Source of the DNA: a virus
Lineage: Duplodnaviria; Caudoviricetes
Strand: one strand, 5' to 3'
Virus record (IMG/VR): IMGVR_UViG_3300028840_000792
Span: 1 to 51,203 of that record
Length of the DNA: 51,203 bases
The notes beneath the pieces were generated by a model. That model saw only the letters and a list, made by a program, of their open reading frames with translations, ran no database searches and was not told the DNA's origin. Position numbers and translations under genes: made by a program. Shown one piece after another: positions 28,777 through 36,307 of this stretch; positions within the stretch are counted from its first letter, which is position 1; each line of letters opens with the position of its first letter.

Positions 28777-29203
28777 TGCATACATCGCGTCCGGCTGGTT
28801 CAATCCTGACCAGGCAGAGGATTTAGGTTTGATTAAGGGATGTCTCAAGGCTTATGGCATAAATTTCTTCAGCCCTAAGGATGAATGCCTGTGTCCTCCT
28901 GATGCTCCTGAGGAAGACAAGATTCATACATTCAGACTCAATCTTAGAGCGATTGAAAACGCAGACTTCATTGTATGTAATACACGCAACAAGGATATGG
29001 GTTCTATCTTTGAAGCTGGTTACGCATACAAGTGTAAAAAACCAATAATCTATTTCTGTCGAGGACTTCAGGGACAATTCAACTTAATGTTGGCCAAGTC
29101 AGGAATCGCAGTTGCGACAGATTCTCACAAGCTGGCTTACTATGTAGGTCAGTTAAAAATGAATGCTAAATTTTCAGAACCGTACACGGAGGATATACAA
29201 TGA
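28769..29203 (+). CDS. Nucleoside 2-deoxyribosyltransferase / MilB-DNPH1-like N-glycosidase
   Basis: YIASGWF, FFSP, AIENAD and D.GSIFEAGYAY..KPII (catalytic Glu motif). Confidence 0.85.
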   Translation: MNNAYIASGWFNPDQAEDLGLIKGCLKAYGINFFSPKDECLCPPDAPEEDKIHTFRLNLRAIENADFIVCNTRNKDMGSIFEAGYAYKCKKPIIYFCRGLQGQFNLMLAKSGIAVATDSHKLAYYVGQLKMNAKFSEPYTEDIQ

Positions 29204-29709
29204 CAAGAACTCAAATGATGAAGTTTCTATCTGAGACTTATAAGCTTAAGACTCTGATAAGATACAACAACACTCCGAGACTGGTCAAAGAATCAGTTGC
29301 TGAACACTCATATTTTGTTACATTAACAGTTTACAAACTGTATGATGTATATAAGTTCGATCTTCTCATCGCGTTAAAAATGGCTTTGTTCCATGATGTA
29401 CCTGAAATATACTTGTCTGACATGCCAAATAACACAAAGATTACATTTCCAGAGATCGCAGCAGCTGTCAAGAATAGTTATCCATCTGCCTCAGATATGT
29501 TAGACCCTACAATGACTCCTCTTATTGATGACTATGAGAACCAAAAAACTCTTGAAGCTAAGATAGTAAAGTTAGCTGATATACTTTCTATACTTCAATA
29601 TACAAGACAGGAAGTCAAGCTCGGAAATCAGTACATGAAAACGATATATGATGGCACTCAAAAAATCGCTAACAAGATTTACAAACAACTTGAGGAATAT
29701 CAGAGATGA
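29200..29709 (+). CDS. HD-domain deoxynucleotide hydrolase (YfbR/DatZ-like)
   Basis: RY......ESVAEHS, ALFHD..E...SD.P and IVKLAD motifs. Confidence 0.88.
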   Translation: MTRTQMMKFLSETYKLKTLIRYNNTPRLVKESVAEHSYFVTLTVYKLYDVYKFDLLIALKMALFHDVPEIYLSDMPNNTKITFPEIAAAVKNSYPSASDMLDPTMTPLIDDYENQKTLEAKIVKLADILSILQYTRQEVKLGNQYMKTIYDGTQKIANKIYKQLEEYQR

Positions 29710-29879
29710 ATGACTACGAAGTAGAAATTCAGATGAAGATGCGTGTCAAGGCTAAGGATTCTAGAGCTGCTGCTGAAGTTGCTGAGACACATCCTCCTGG
29801 TGTATACATTGATGCAGTAAGTTTCTTAATACAGACACCAAAACAAGTTCCAACAATTATTAGCGTGAGGAAGTTATGA
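29706..29879 (+). CDS. Hypothetical 57-aa protein (not in ORF track)
   Basis: MNDYEVEIQMKMRVKAKDSRAAAE...; GAGGA RBS and ATGA overlap. Confidence 0.6.
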   Translation: MNDYEVEIQMKMRVKAKDSRAAAEVAETHPPGVYIDAVSFLIQTPKQVPTIISVRKL

Positions 29880-29916
29880 CTCTGGAAGAAGAAAATACTA
29901 CTCCAGGAGGAACCCC

Positions 29917-30084
29917 ATGAATAAGTCAGATGAGATAAAAAAATGCCCGTTTTGCGGAGCAATACCAAAATATTATAACGGTGACTATGTTGTCCTCCAT
30001 AAAGATGATTGTTTTTTAGCGGGTGAGCAAGAGCATTGGATAGTAGGAAAGTGGATTAAAGCCTGGAACAGGAGGTCAGCATGA
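29917..30084 (+). CDS. Lar-family (restriction alleviation-like) zinc-binding protein, 55 aa (not in ORF track)
   Basis: IKKCPFCG...H...C...AWNRR signature; AGGAGG RBS. Confidence 0.72.
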   Translation: MNKSDEIKKCPFCGAIPKYYNGDYVVLHKDDCFLAGEQEHWIVGKWIKAWNRRSA

Positions 30085-30257
30085 TTGAACCAGAGAATAA
30101 ATGTAAATGTGTACACTCGCCGGTTTGTTTTGTTGAGGGTAAATTCCGTGACCTTTTGAGAAACATGCTTGAATTAAGGTTTGGTGGGCCAAGGGACGGA
30201 AGTGCAGAATTCTATGAATGGGTAAGGAAATATTGTAAGCACAGGAGGTCAGAATGA
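30081..30257 (+). CDS. Small Cys-containing hypothetical protein, 58 aa (not in ORF track)
   Basis: MIEPENKCKCVHSPVC...YCKHRRSE; AGGAGG RBS; ATGA overlaps at both ends. Confidence 0.6.
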   Translation: MIEPENKCKCVHSPVCFVEGKFRDLLRNMLELRFGGPRDGSAEFYEWVRKYCKHRRSE

Positions 30258-30445
30258 GCATAAACCCTGAAATACTGAACTATACATTTCTCTTAATTTG
30301 GATGTTGGGAGCACTGGCTATCATAAGCCACTATGAACTTCAGTACAGACAGAGATGTCTGCACAACGAAAAGTGGAGTAACGGAGCAATGTGGCTTTAC
30401 GGATTTGGTGCTTTTTTATTTTTAATAATAGGAGTAATACTATGA
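30254..30445 (+). CDS. Small two-TM membrane protein
   Basis: Two hydrophobic helices; AGGAGG RBS. Confidence 0.6.
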   Translation: MSINPEILNYTFLLIWMLGALAIISHYELQYRQRCLHNEKWSNGAMWLYGFGAFLFLIIGVIL

Positions 30446-30870
30446 ATAAGATAATCTTCTTTGAAGGTGTAGACTGTGTTGGCAAGACAACAGTCATGAA
30501 GGAATTTAATAAGATAACTGACTTCAGGTATATGTGTCTTGACAGAGGCATAATCAGTTACTTCACGTATGCTGAGATATTCCAGCGTAAGGTTCTGAAG
30601 TATCCTGAATTCATGCTTCAGAGAATCGAGCCTATTTCTATAGTTGTGTATCTTTACGCTGATGAACGTGTATTGACAAAGAGAATGAAAGACACCGGCC
30701 ATCCAGACTATCCGGTTCACACTCATCTAGCCATGTTTGAAAAGAATATAGCCAACGCTGAATTAGGTGGTTTCAGAATCATCAGACAGGATACATCACT
30801 ACTTCAACCAGACAGAATAGCAGACATCATTTATCAAAAGGTTCTAGAGATATGCAACGACGACCAGTAA
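30442..30870 (+). CDS. dNMP / thymidylate kinase-like P-loop kinase
   Basis: IIFFEGVDCVGKTT, DRG..S...Y and VVYL.A....L..R motifs; AGGAG before ATG 30442. Confidence 0.85.
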   Translation: MNKIIFFEGVDCVGKTTVMKEFNKITDFRYMCLDRGIISYFTYAEIFQRKVLKYPEFMLQRIEPISIVVYLYADERVLTKRMKDTGHPDYPVHTHLAMFEKNIANAELGGFRIIRQDTSLLQPDRIADIIYQKVLEICNDDQ

Positions 30871-31097
30871 ATGTGATACACGGTAAGAAGGGCAGACGGC
30901 TTGTAGTTGTCTGTCAGTCTTGCCCACTCGATCTCAGAAATCTGAAAAGCAATCAAAAAACTTCCTGTCTGTATCTCATCGTAAAAGATAAGAAGGGAAA
31001 CCCAACGATGAAGAAGGAACAGGAGTGCCAGTGGTATGCTAAGGATTCAATACTGCGTGGAGAGTCTGGCGTTGCAAATGTCTTGTGTCTTTATTAA
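30852..31097 (+). CDS. Small Cys-rich protein upstream of the radical SAM gene
   Basis: CQSCP...C...C...C in 81 aa. Confidence 0.6.
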   Translation: MQRRPVNVIHGKKGRRLVVVCQSCPLDLRNLKSNQKTSCLYLIVKDKKGNPTMKKEQECQWYAKDSILRGESGVANVLCLY

Positions 31098-31108
31098 AGG
31101 AGGATTCC

Positions 31109-32032
31109 ATGAAGAAAGCTTATGTCGAAGTCGGTAACTCTTGTTTCTGTCACTGTGTGACGTGTGATATACTTAAGAAACCACATCCAAAAATGTCTAT
31201 AGACATATTCAGGTATGTCATAAAAGAACTTTATTCAAACGGTTTTAGAAAAATAAGACTGGCTGGCATGGAGCCACTAACGATTCTTTCTATAGACAGT
31301 TACTTAAGTGCAGTTCGTATGTTGAGGATGGAGTCTGAAATGACTACGACTCTACTGTCTCCAAACATAGGCGTGATTAATGATGTAACTATCGTTGATG
31401 ACCTGAACATCTCTCTGTCAGCGGTTGGGAAGGGAAGATACAAGTCATTCTACAAAGTAGATAAATGGAACTTGTTTGACAAGAACTTCAGATTCCTCCT
31501 GAAAGAGAGAAAGAAACCTGTCACTGTAGTGTACACCATTTCTAAAATCAATTGTGGATTCGAAGACTTTAAAGAATTTATAAGATATATCAACTCTATG
31601 CTTCATCTAAAGCATGACTTACATGTTGTCTTCTTTCCAGAGATTCGTTACGACAATCCATGGACTCAAGACATGATAGATTATGTTGAAAATTTATTTG
31701 AAGCAGCAGCATTAGACTCAGTCAGATTCAGTTATGAATATATACATGACTATACGGGTAAGTGTATACATCAGTGTTTCATACCAAGAGAGGAAGTCTA
31801 CATTAAGTGGAACTGCGATGTATATCCTTGTTGTCTGTCTGGTGGAGAAATTGGACAGCCTCTTCTTGAAGAATTATACATCGGTAATCTAGTAAAGGAT
31901 GGCACAAAGCATGTCATGGAGAGATGCGAAACATTCAGCACCAGGTATCTGGACAACCTGATATGTGATAGGTGTTCCAATAAATATGTTAATAAATTAT
32001 CCAAGTATCCATCTGAGGCTAACCAGGATTGA
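31109..32032 (+). CDS. Radical SAM enzyme with SPASM/twitch domain
   Basis: CX3CX2C (CFCHCVTC), GMEP, and C-terminal C..P...YI....DVYPCC...IGNL...CDRC; AAGGAGG before ATG 31109. Confidence 0.88.
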   Translation: MKKAYVEVGNSCFCHCVTCDILKKPHPKMSIDIFRYVIKELYSNGFRKIRLAGMEPLTILSIDSYLSAVRMLRMESEMTTTLLSPNIGVINDVTIVDDLNISLSAVGKGRYKSFYKVDKWNLFDKNFRFLLKERKKPVTVVYTISKINCGFEDFKEFIRYINSMLHLKHDLHVVFFPEIRYDNPWTQDMIDYVENLFEAAALDSVRFSYEYIHDYTGKCIHQCFIPREEVYIKWNCDVYPCCLSGGEIGQPLLEELYIGNLVKDGTKHVMERCETFSTRYLDNLICDRCSNKYVNKLSKYPSEANQD

Positions 32033-32204
32033 TACAGTAGCCGTTTAACCTATGTCAGAAGTGACTTTGTTTAAAATGTATAGGTATATATGGTCGGGTC
32101 GGATCGTCCCAAACGGCGCGATTCGATGGTCTAGACGGTATAATAATGTATAACAATGTATACGTATGTATACAATCAATAACAATTAATATAAGGAGGA
32201 AGAA

Positions 32205-33113
32205 ATGAATGATTTTCCTATGAAAGTAAGATTCGGTGAGAAGCCAGAGACTGAATGGTATACATCGGGTAGAAACTTAAGACTGGCGATGATGGACTAC
32301 CCACGTGGCGATTTTCGTTCAAGGTGTGTTGAAATGATGAAGGCTACATGGAGTGATGAGCCATTTGATAAGGCAACTATGTATGTCGACAAAGACATAA
32401 ACATCGGTAAAGAATTTCTTAACATACTTAAGATGAAGGTTCTACCCAACTCACTGGAAAGTCTGAACTTCACGTTCAGGATGGAAGGCCTGACACTCAT
32501 TGAGGTGACACACCTGCTCAGGCATCGAATGCTTAAGAGTATACATGCCCAGTGTTCTGCTGACAGGTTTCTTCAGAAGGACTCATGCTTTATTCCATCT
32601 TCTATTGTCGGAACAGAGTTTGAAAAGTCGTATAAGTCTCTGACTTATCAGTGCAAAGAGCTATACGCTAATATGATCGACTCAGGTGATGTATCTATTC
32701 TCGATGCTAGATACATACTCACCCGAAACCATCGTTACTTCTACTACTTCACCATCGATCTCAAGACAGCCATTCAGTTTATTCACCAGCGTAAGTGTAC
32801 TCAGATACAACCTGAGATGGATAACTACATGGCGCACTATATGCACGACGCTATTTCTTCCATCATACCAGAATTTAAAGATGTGGTATCGCTGGAATGT
32901 AACGAGAGGTGTGTGTATATACAGTCATCACCAGAACATTCCTCCAGGGTTTATATGCCGGATGATGTTCATTCAAAGGTTCTTCATAGGATGGAGGACA
33001 AGATGATGATATCTTCAGATGAGGCGAATTCCAGAAGGGAGAAGAATTACTATTTACACCAGAAAACTAGAAAACAGATGGGTGTAAAGTTCTGTCCTCA
33101 GGATCTCCCATAA
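32205..33113 (+). CDS. Divergent ThyX-like flavoprotein
   Basis: FTF..EG, RHR..S, DARYIL and F...R....Q.E fit the ThyX fold; several canonical substrate and folate residues differ. Confidence 0.82.
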   Translation: MNDFPMKVRFGEKPETEWYTSGRNLRLAMMDYPRGDFRSRCVEMMKATWSDEPFDKATMYVDKDINIGKEFLNILKMKVLPNSLESLNFTFRMEGLTLIEVTHLLRHRMLKSIHAQCSADRFLQKDSCFIPSSIVGTEFEKSYKSLTYQCKELYANMIDSGDVSILDARYILTRNHRYFYYFTIDLKTAIQFIHQRKCTQIQPEMDNYMAHYMHDAISSIIPEFKDVVSLECNERCVYIQSSPEHSSRVYMPDDVHSKVLHRMEDKMMISSDEANSRREKNYYLHQKTRKQMGVKFCPQDLP

Positions 33114-33342
33114 CGGTAACGATCTGACATCCGAACTGGAATACTATACCAGAAGCCGTTTAGCGCTGTCTAAGGAGTTCTTTTTCTCCTTATATTATTA
33201 TATATAAGATATTAAAATATTACCTCTACGATAGAGAGACGGCCATCCCATTCCTGGATACGTTTGTATCAGTTTTGATACAAAAGTCTTCAGAAACGGC
33301 GAAAAATGCGACTCTCCTGGTTCGTAAAATAATGAATTATTT

Positions 33343-33373
33343 CCTTTACATTTGACCCAAATATTGGTAGATT
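33343..33373 (+). promoter_or_regulatory. Sigma70-type promoter (likely early)
   Basis: CC-TTTACA (33345-50), 17 nt ending TGG, then TAGATT (33368-73). Confidence 0.72.
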
Positions 33374-33409
33374 ATAAATATAAGGATTCACAAACGAAAG
33401 GAGAACGAG

Positions 33410-33658
33410 ATGATTCGAGGTCAGAAAGTAGAAATATCTGGAAGAATAAATTCTGGTATCTGCAGTAAATATTTTTCTGGTAATAAAATATCTGGAGTTA
33501 TTTCTAAAGTTCTGGATAATAATAATTTCCAGATTCGGGTCGATTCAAAATATTTTGTAGTAAGAAAAATTGGTGGTGTCTATTCAGATTTAAATCTCTG
33601 GAGGGTCCATTACAGAAGTCATTTCCTGTTGAATAATTGTAGTATTAGTTTTAGTTAA
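33410..33658 (+). CDS. Hypothetical early protein (very AT-rich)
   Basis: GAAAGGAGA RBS; first ORF after the promoter. Confidence 0.55.
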   Translation: MIRGQKVEISGRINSGICSKYFSGNKISGVISKVLDNNNFQIRVDSKYFVVRKIGGVYSDLNLWRVHYRSHFLLNNCSISFS

Positions 33659-33710
33659 TTTTTTTTTTAATTAGTTTTTTCTTAATTAAATTTCTTGAAA
33701 GGAGAATAGT

Positions 33711-33941
33711 ATGTCAATGAATAAAGAACAAATGAAGGAGCTGGTCGGTCAGCTTATTGAGGAAGAGTCAATTGCCAATATTACTCTTGGGTATGTTGAC
33801 AAAGACCATTTCTGCCATCATGACATGGTGGTGATTCATGAATGTTCAGCTGCAACTACAGAGAGACTTATCAGGAAGGGATACAGCCTCTTCATAGAAA
33901 AAGATGGAGTTCACGTAGACGTAATTGGCAAGCTGAATTAA
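33711..33941 (+). CDS. Hypothetical protein
   Basis: GAAAGGAGA RBS. Confidence 0.7.
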   Translation: MSMNKEQMKELVGQLIEEESIANITLGYVDKDHFCHHDMVVIHECSAATTERLIRKGYSLFIEKDGVHVDVIGKLN

Positions 33942-34000
33942 ACCTGGGACGGGCGCCTCTCCGTCAATAAATAATCAGGGGCACAGAAAAAAACCCAGGT
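33942..34000 (+). promoter_or_regulatory. Intergenic structured element (pseudoknot enclosed by a stem)
   Basis: ACCTGGG/CCCAGGT, GACGG/CCGTC, and loop GCCTCT complementary to AGGGGC. Confidence 0.45.
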
Positions 34001-34020
34001 AACTAAACGAAAGGAGAAAC

Positions 34021-34305
34021 ATGGCAGTTAAACTTAATAAGAAACAGGCCGAAAAGGTGGAGAAGATACGGCAGTATCTGGCCACTGAGATTGGTCAGGG
34101 TGGAGCATTGATTGATGACTGTGAGTATACTTACATATTCAATCTCAGGAATGTATGGGTTGACGCTTGTGGAATCAGGCTCTTTGGTTCTGATGTCCAT
34201 AATAAGAGTACCCGTGACCTGATTTACCCAACTGAAATTCATAACCTCTTTTCAGCTATCAAGAGAGGGGATGAGGATTTTGTCAATTTCTTGAAAGGAG
34301 AATAA
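34021..34305 (+). CDS. Hypothetical protein
   Basis: GAAAGGAGA RBS. Confidence 0.7.
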   Translation: MAVKLNKKQAEKVEKIRQYLATEIGQGGALIDDCEYTYIFNLRNVWVDACGIRLFGSDVHNKSTRDLIYPTEIHNLFSAIKRGDEDFVNFLKGE

Positions 34306-34306
34306 C

Positions 34307-34675
34307 ATGGCAGATATAGTAAATGTAGTGGTTCTGGTTGATAAGAGAGACGTTAAATACTTCGCCTCTTTCGATCGGAGTAATAAAAGAATTGGATGGA
34401 CCACAGAGTTCATCGGAGCAAAGGTATTTAAGGATATCAAGGATGCTCACGATTATGTCGAGAGGCGTCAGATTCCTAGAGGAAAAGTTGGAATCAAAGT
34501 AGTGAACGCGTATGAATGTCACGATGTAATGAAGTCTGACGGCTCTTACTTCATCGGTAAGTTCTATACTCGGAATCAGGAACAGGCTTGCTCAATTCAG
34601 GAAGCCAAGGACAAATTCATTCTCACTCTCGCCAGTCAAATTGCTGAAGTTCAGAATATTACTGAGGTGATATAA
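34307..34675 (+). CDS. Hypothetical protein
   Basis: GAAAGGAGA RBS. Confidence 0.7.
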   Translation: MADIVNVVVLVDKRDVKYFASFDRSNKRIGWTTEFIGAKVFKDIKDAHDYVERRQIPRGKVGIKVVNAYECHDVMKSDGSYFIGKFYTRNQEQACSIQEAKDKFILTLASQIAEVQNITEVI

Positions 34676-34899
34676 TGATACACGAAGGAGAAAAAAGATT
34701 AGGTGAATGGTTAACAGGAGAAGGAGGAATTATTACATTTAATAAGCACAGTCTGGTGTGGCAGGTATGTATAAAGGCTATCTGCAATCAGAACTGGGTG
34801 AAGGAAAAATTTGGATTCATCAACCCTCAGAATGTCATGGACTACATCCATAACAAACTGAATTATCAACCCAAAACCAAAGGAGGCCATAATGGCTAA
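34675..34899 (+). CDS. Hypothetical protein
   Basis: GAGGTG RBS; TAATG coupling. Confidence 0.6.
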   Translation: MIHEGEKRLGEWLTGEGGIITFNKHSLVWQVCIKAICNQNWVKEKFGFINPQNVMDYIHNKLNYQPKTKGGHNG

Positions 34900-35197
34900 G
34901 AATGAAAAAAATGAACTCACCCCCACCATCAATAAGGACAAGAATGGGGTACCCATCTACAGAAGTAAAGATGGAAAACTGAACATGAAACTCAAGAGGA
35001 CGGATTTCATCCCTCTCGAGATGGAGAAAAAGAGAGACGAGAACTACAAGAAAATGCTGAGTGAGTGGCACAAGTACAAGGCAGCCGTTCACACTCAGCT
35101 TTCTTCTGATGTTCTCAAGGAAAAAACTCCTCTTGAAAAAGTGGATGACCAGATCGCCAGACTTCTTGAAAAGAAAAAGAAACTTCAGGCAGGGTGA
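34892..35197 (+). CDS. Basic hypothetical protein
   Basis: AAGGAGG RBS. Confidence 0.7.
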   Translation: MAKNEKNELTPTINKDKNGVPIYRSKDGKLNMKLKRTDFIPLEMEKKRDENYKKMLSEWHKYKAAVHTQLSSDVLKEKTPLEKVDDQIARLLEKKKKLQAG

Positions 35198-35275
35198 CTC
35201 TTAAGCCCTGTGCGTTGAGTGGTGGTGCCATGGATGGCGCCACTACCAGGTGAGTCAAAAAGGAAAGGAGAATTT

Positions 35276-35566
35276 ATGAATATTAAGGAGGCTACTCTGA
35301 TACTGGAAGATGCCGGTACTGAGAGACAAGCCAGGAAAAATCTGAGAGACACTGAACAGCGGATAGAATTTTTGACCAAGTGGATAGGTAAGTATACTCA
35401 GGAACTATCAGAGATGCGGTCTATCCACTCCCAGGAGCGTGCTATAGTAAAGGCACTACCTTCTGCACAGAAAATTAAGGAAGCTCAGGAAGTTGTCAAG
35501 GAATGGCAGGTCATTGAGATGGAACTCAGTTTACTCAAGAAGAAAAAGAGGAGGATGACCAGATGA
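35276..35566 (+). CDS. Coiled-coil hypothetical protein
   Basis: GAAAGGAGA before ATG 35276; the ORF track's 35219 start lies inside a hairpin. Confidence 0.65.
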   Translation: MNIKEATLILEDAGTERQARKNLRDTEQRIEFLTKWIGKYTQELSEMRSIHSQERAIVKALPSAQKIKEAQEVVKEWQVIEMELSLLKKKKRRMTR

Positions 35567-35751
35567 ACAGATTTCTCCCAGTAGATGTCAAGGTGAGATG
35601 TCTGGAGTTACAGGCTGACTTCATGATGAAATCAAGCTCAATGGTCAGGAATGGCTATGGGGCAGAGCATCTTAACTACAAAGGTGAGCTCATACTTTTT
35701 CCTGATGAGTTCATGAAACTATTAGATACATACCTGAAGGAGGTAAGATAA
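35563..35751 (+). CDS. Hypothetical protein
   Basis: GGAGG RBS; ATGA overlap. Confidence 0.6.
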   Translation: MNRFLPVDVKVRCLELQADFMMKSSSMVRNGYGAEHLNYKGELILFPDEFMKLLDTYLKEVR

Positions 35752-36041
35752 TGTTCGTTAAATACGTCGTCAAGAAAGGCGAAGAAGCAGTGGTCGTGAA
35801 ATTCGATTTACGAATTAAGCGAGTATTTTTTGGAGGCTATGTCAAGTTCATAGGTCTCATTAATTCACTGATGCAGCCTCAATACTTTGGTGGTAAGGTT
35901 GAAGAAAAAAACTACCACAGCCAAAGGAACAAGATTCGATACGAGGCTGACATGGAAACTACAATCTTCCTTGAAATCATGGATAAAATCATGGAAGACT
36001 TTGACACCAAGAGAGTTCAGCGAGTGGACAGGCTGATATGA
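35751..36041 (+). CDS. Hypothetical protein
   Basis: AAGGAGG RBS; TAATG coupling. Confidence 0.65.
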   Translation: MFVKYVVKKGEEAVVVKFDLRIKRVFFGGYVKFIGLINSLMQPQYFGGKVEEKNYHSQRNKIRYEADMETTIFLEIMDKIMEDFDTKRVQRVDRLI

Positions 36042-36226
36042 AGACGGTCAGGATTTATACCAATATATACATCATGGACGGGTCAAAAACCATGTCTCAG
36101 AGAAAGACTGAAGTTGTGGTTCCGATGGAACATGGTTACATTGATGACGTTCAGATTCGAGTTGCTGAGAAGTCTGCACTGAATCAAATGGCTGACAGGC
36201 TCAGGAATTTCGCTGCACTCCTATAA
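36038..36226 (+). CDS. Hypothetical protein
   Basis: ATGA overlap. Confidence 0.6.
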   Translation: MKTVRIYTNIYIMDGSKTMSQRKTEVVVPMEHGYIDDVQIRVAEKSALNQMADRLRNFAALL

Positions 36227-36261
36227 ATAATTAATCAAATTCGGACAATTTAAGGACTTGT

Positions 36262-36301
36262 AAAAAAAGTCCTTTTATTGTGCCCTCCAGTGTGATATAT
36301 T
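36262..36301 (+). promoter_or_regulatory. Promoter for the packaging operon (probably leaderless TerS mRNA)
   Basis: A-tract, CC-TTTTAT (36273-78), 17 nt ending TGA, then TATATT (36296-301); ATG follows at 36308. Confidence 0.6.
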
Positions 36302-36307
36302 TAATAT

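Noticed and set aside
23203-29709. 2-aminoadenine (Z) genome, suggested by a DatZ-like HD enzyme, a MazG-like enzyme and a family A polymerase
   Set aside because: No PurZ/adenylosuccinate synthetase homologue is visible anywhere in this apparently complete genome.
31109-32032. QueE / 7-deazaguanine pathway
   Set aside because: The enzyme has a SPASM/twitch tail, and I see no FolE, QueD, QueC or DpdA.
32790-32830. Arg-to-Asp change in ThyX (QPEMD vs QWEIR) as a dUMP-to-dCMP specificity switch
   Set aside because: On counting residues, the uracil-contacting Arg (T. maritima R174) aligns to the conserved R in HQRKC. The changed Arg is a different position, so no cytosine specificity can be claimed.
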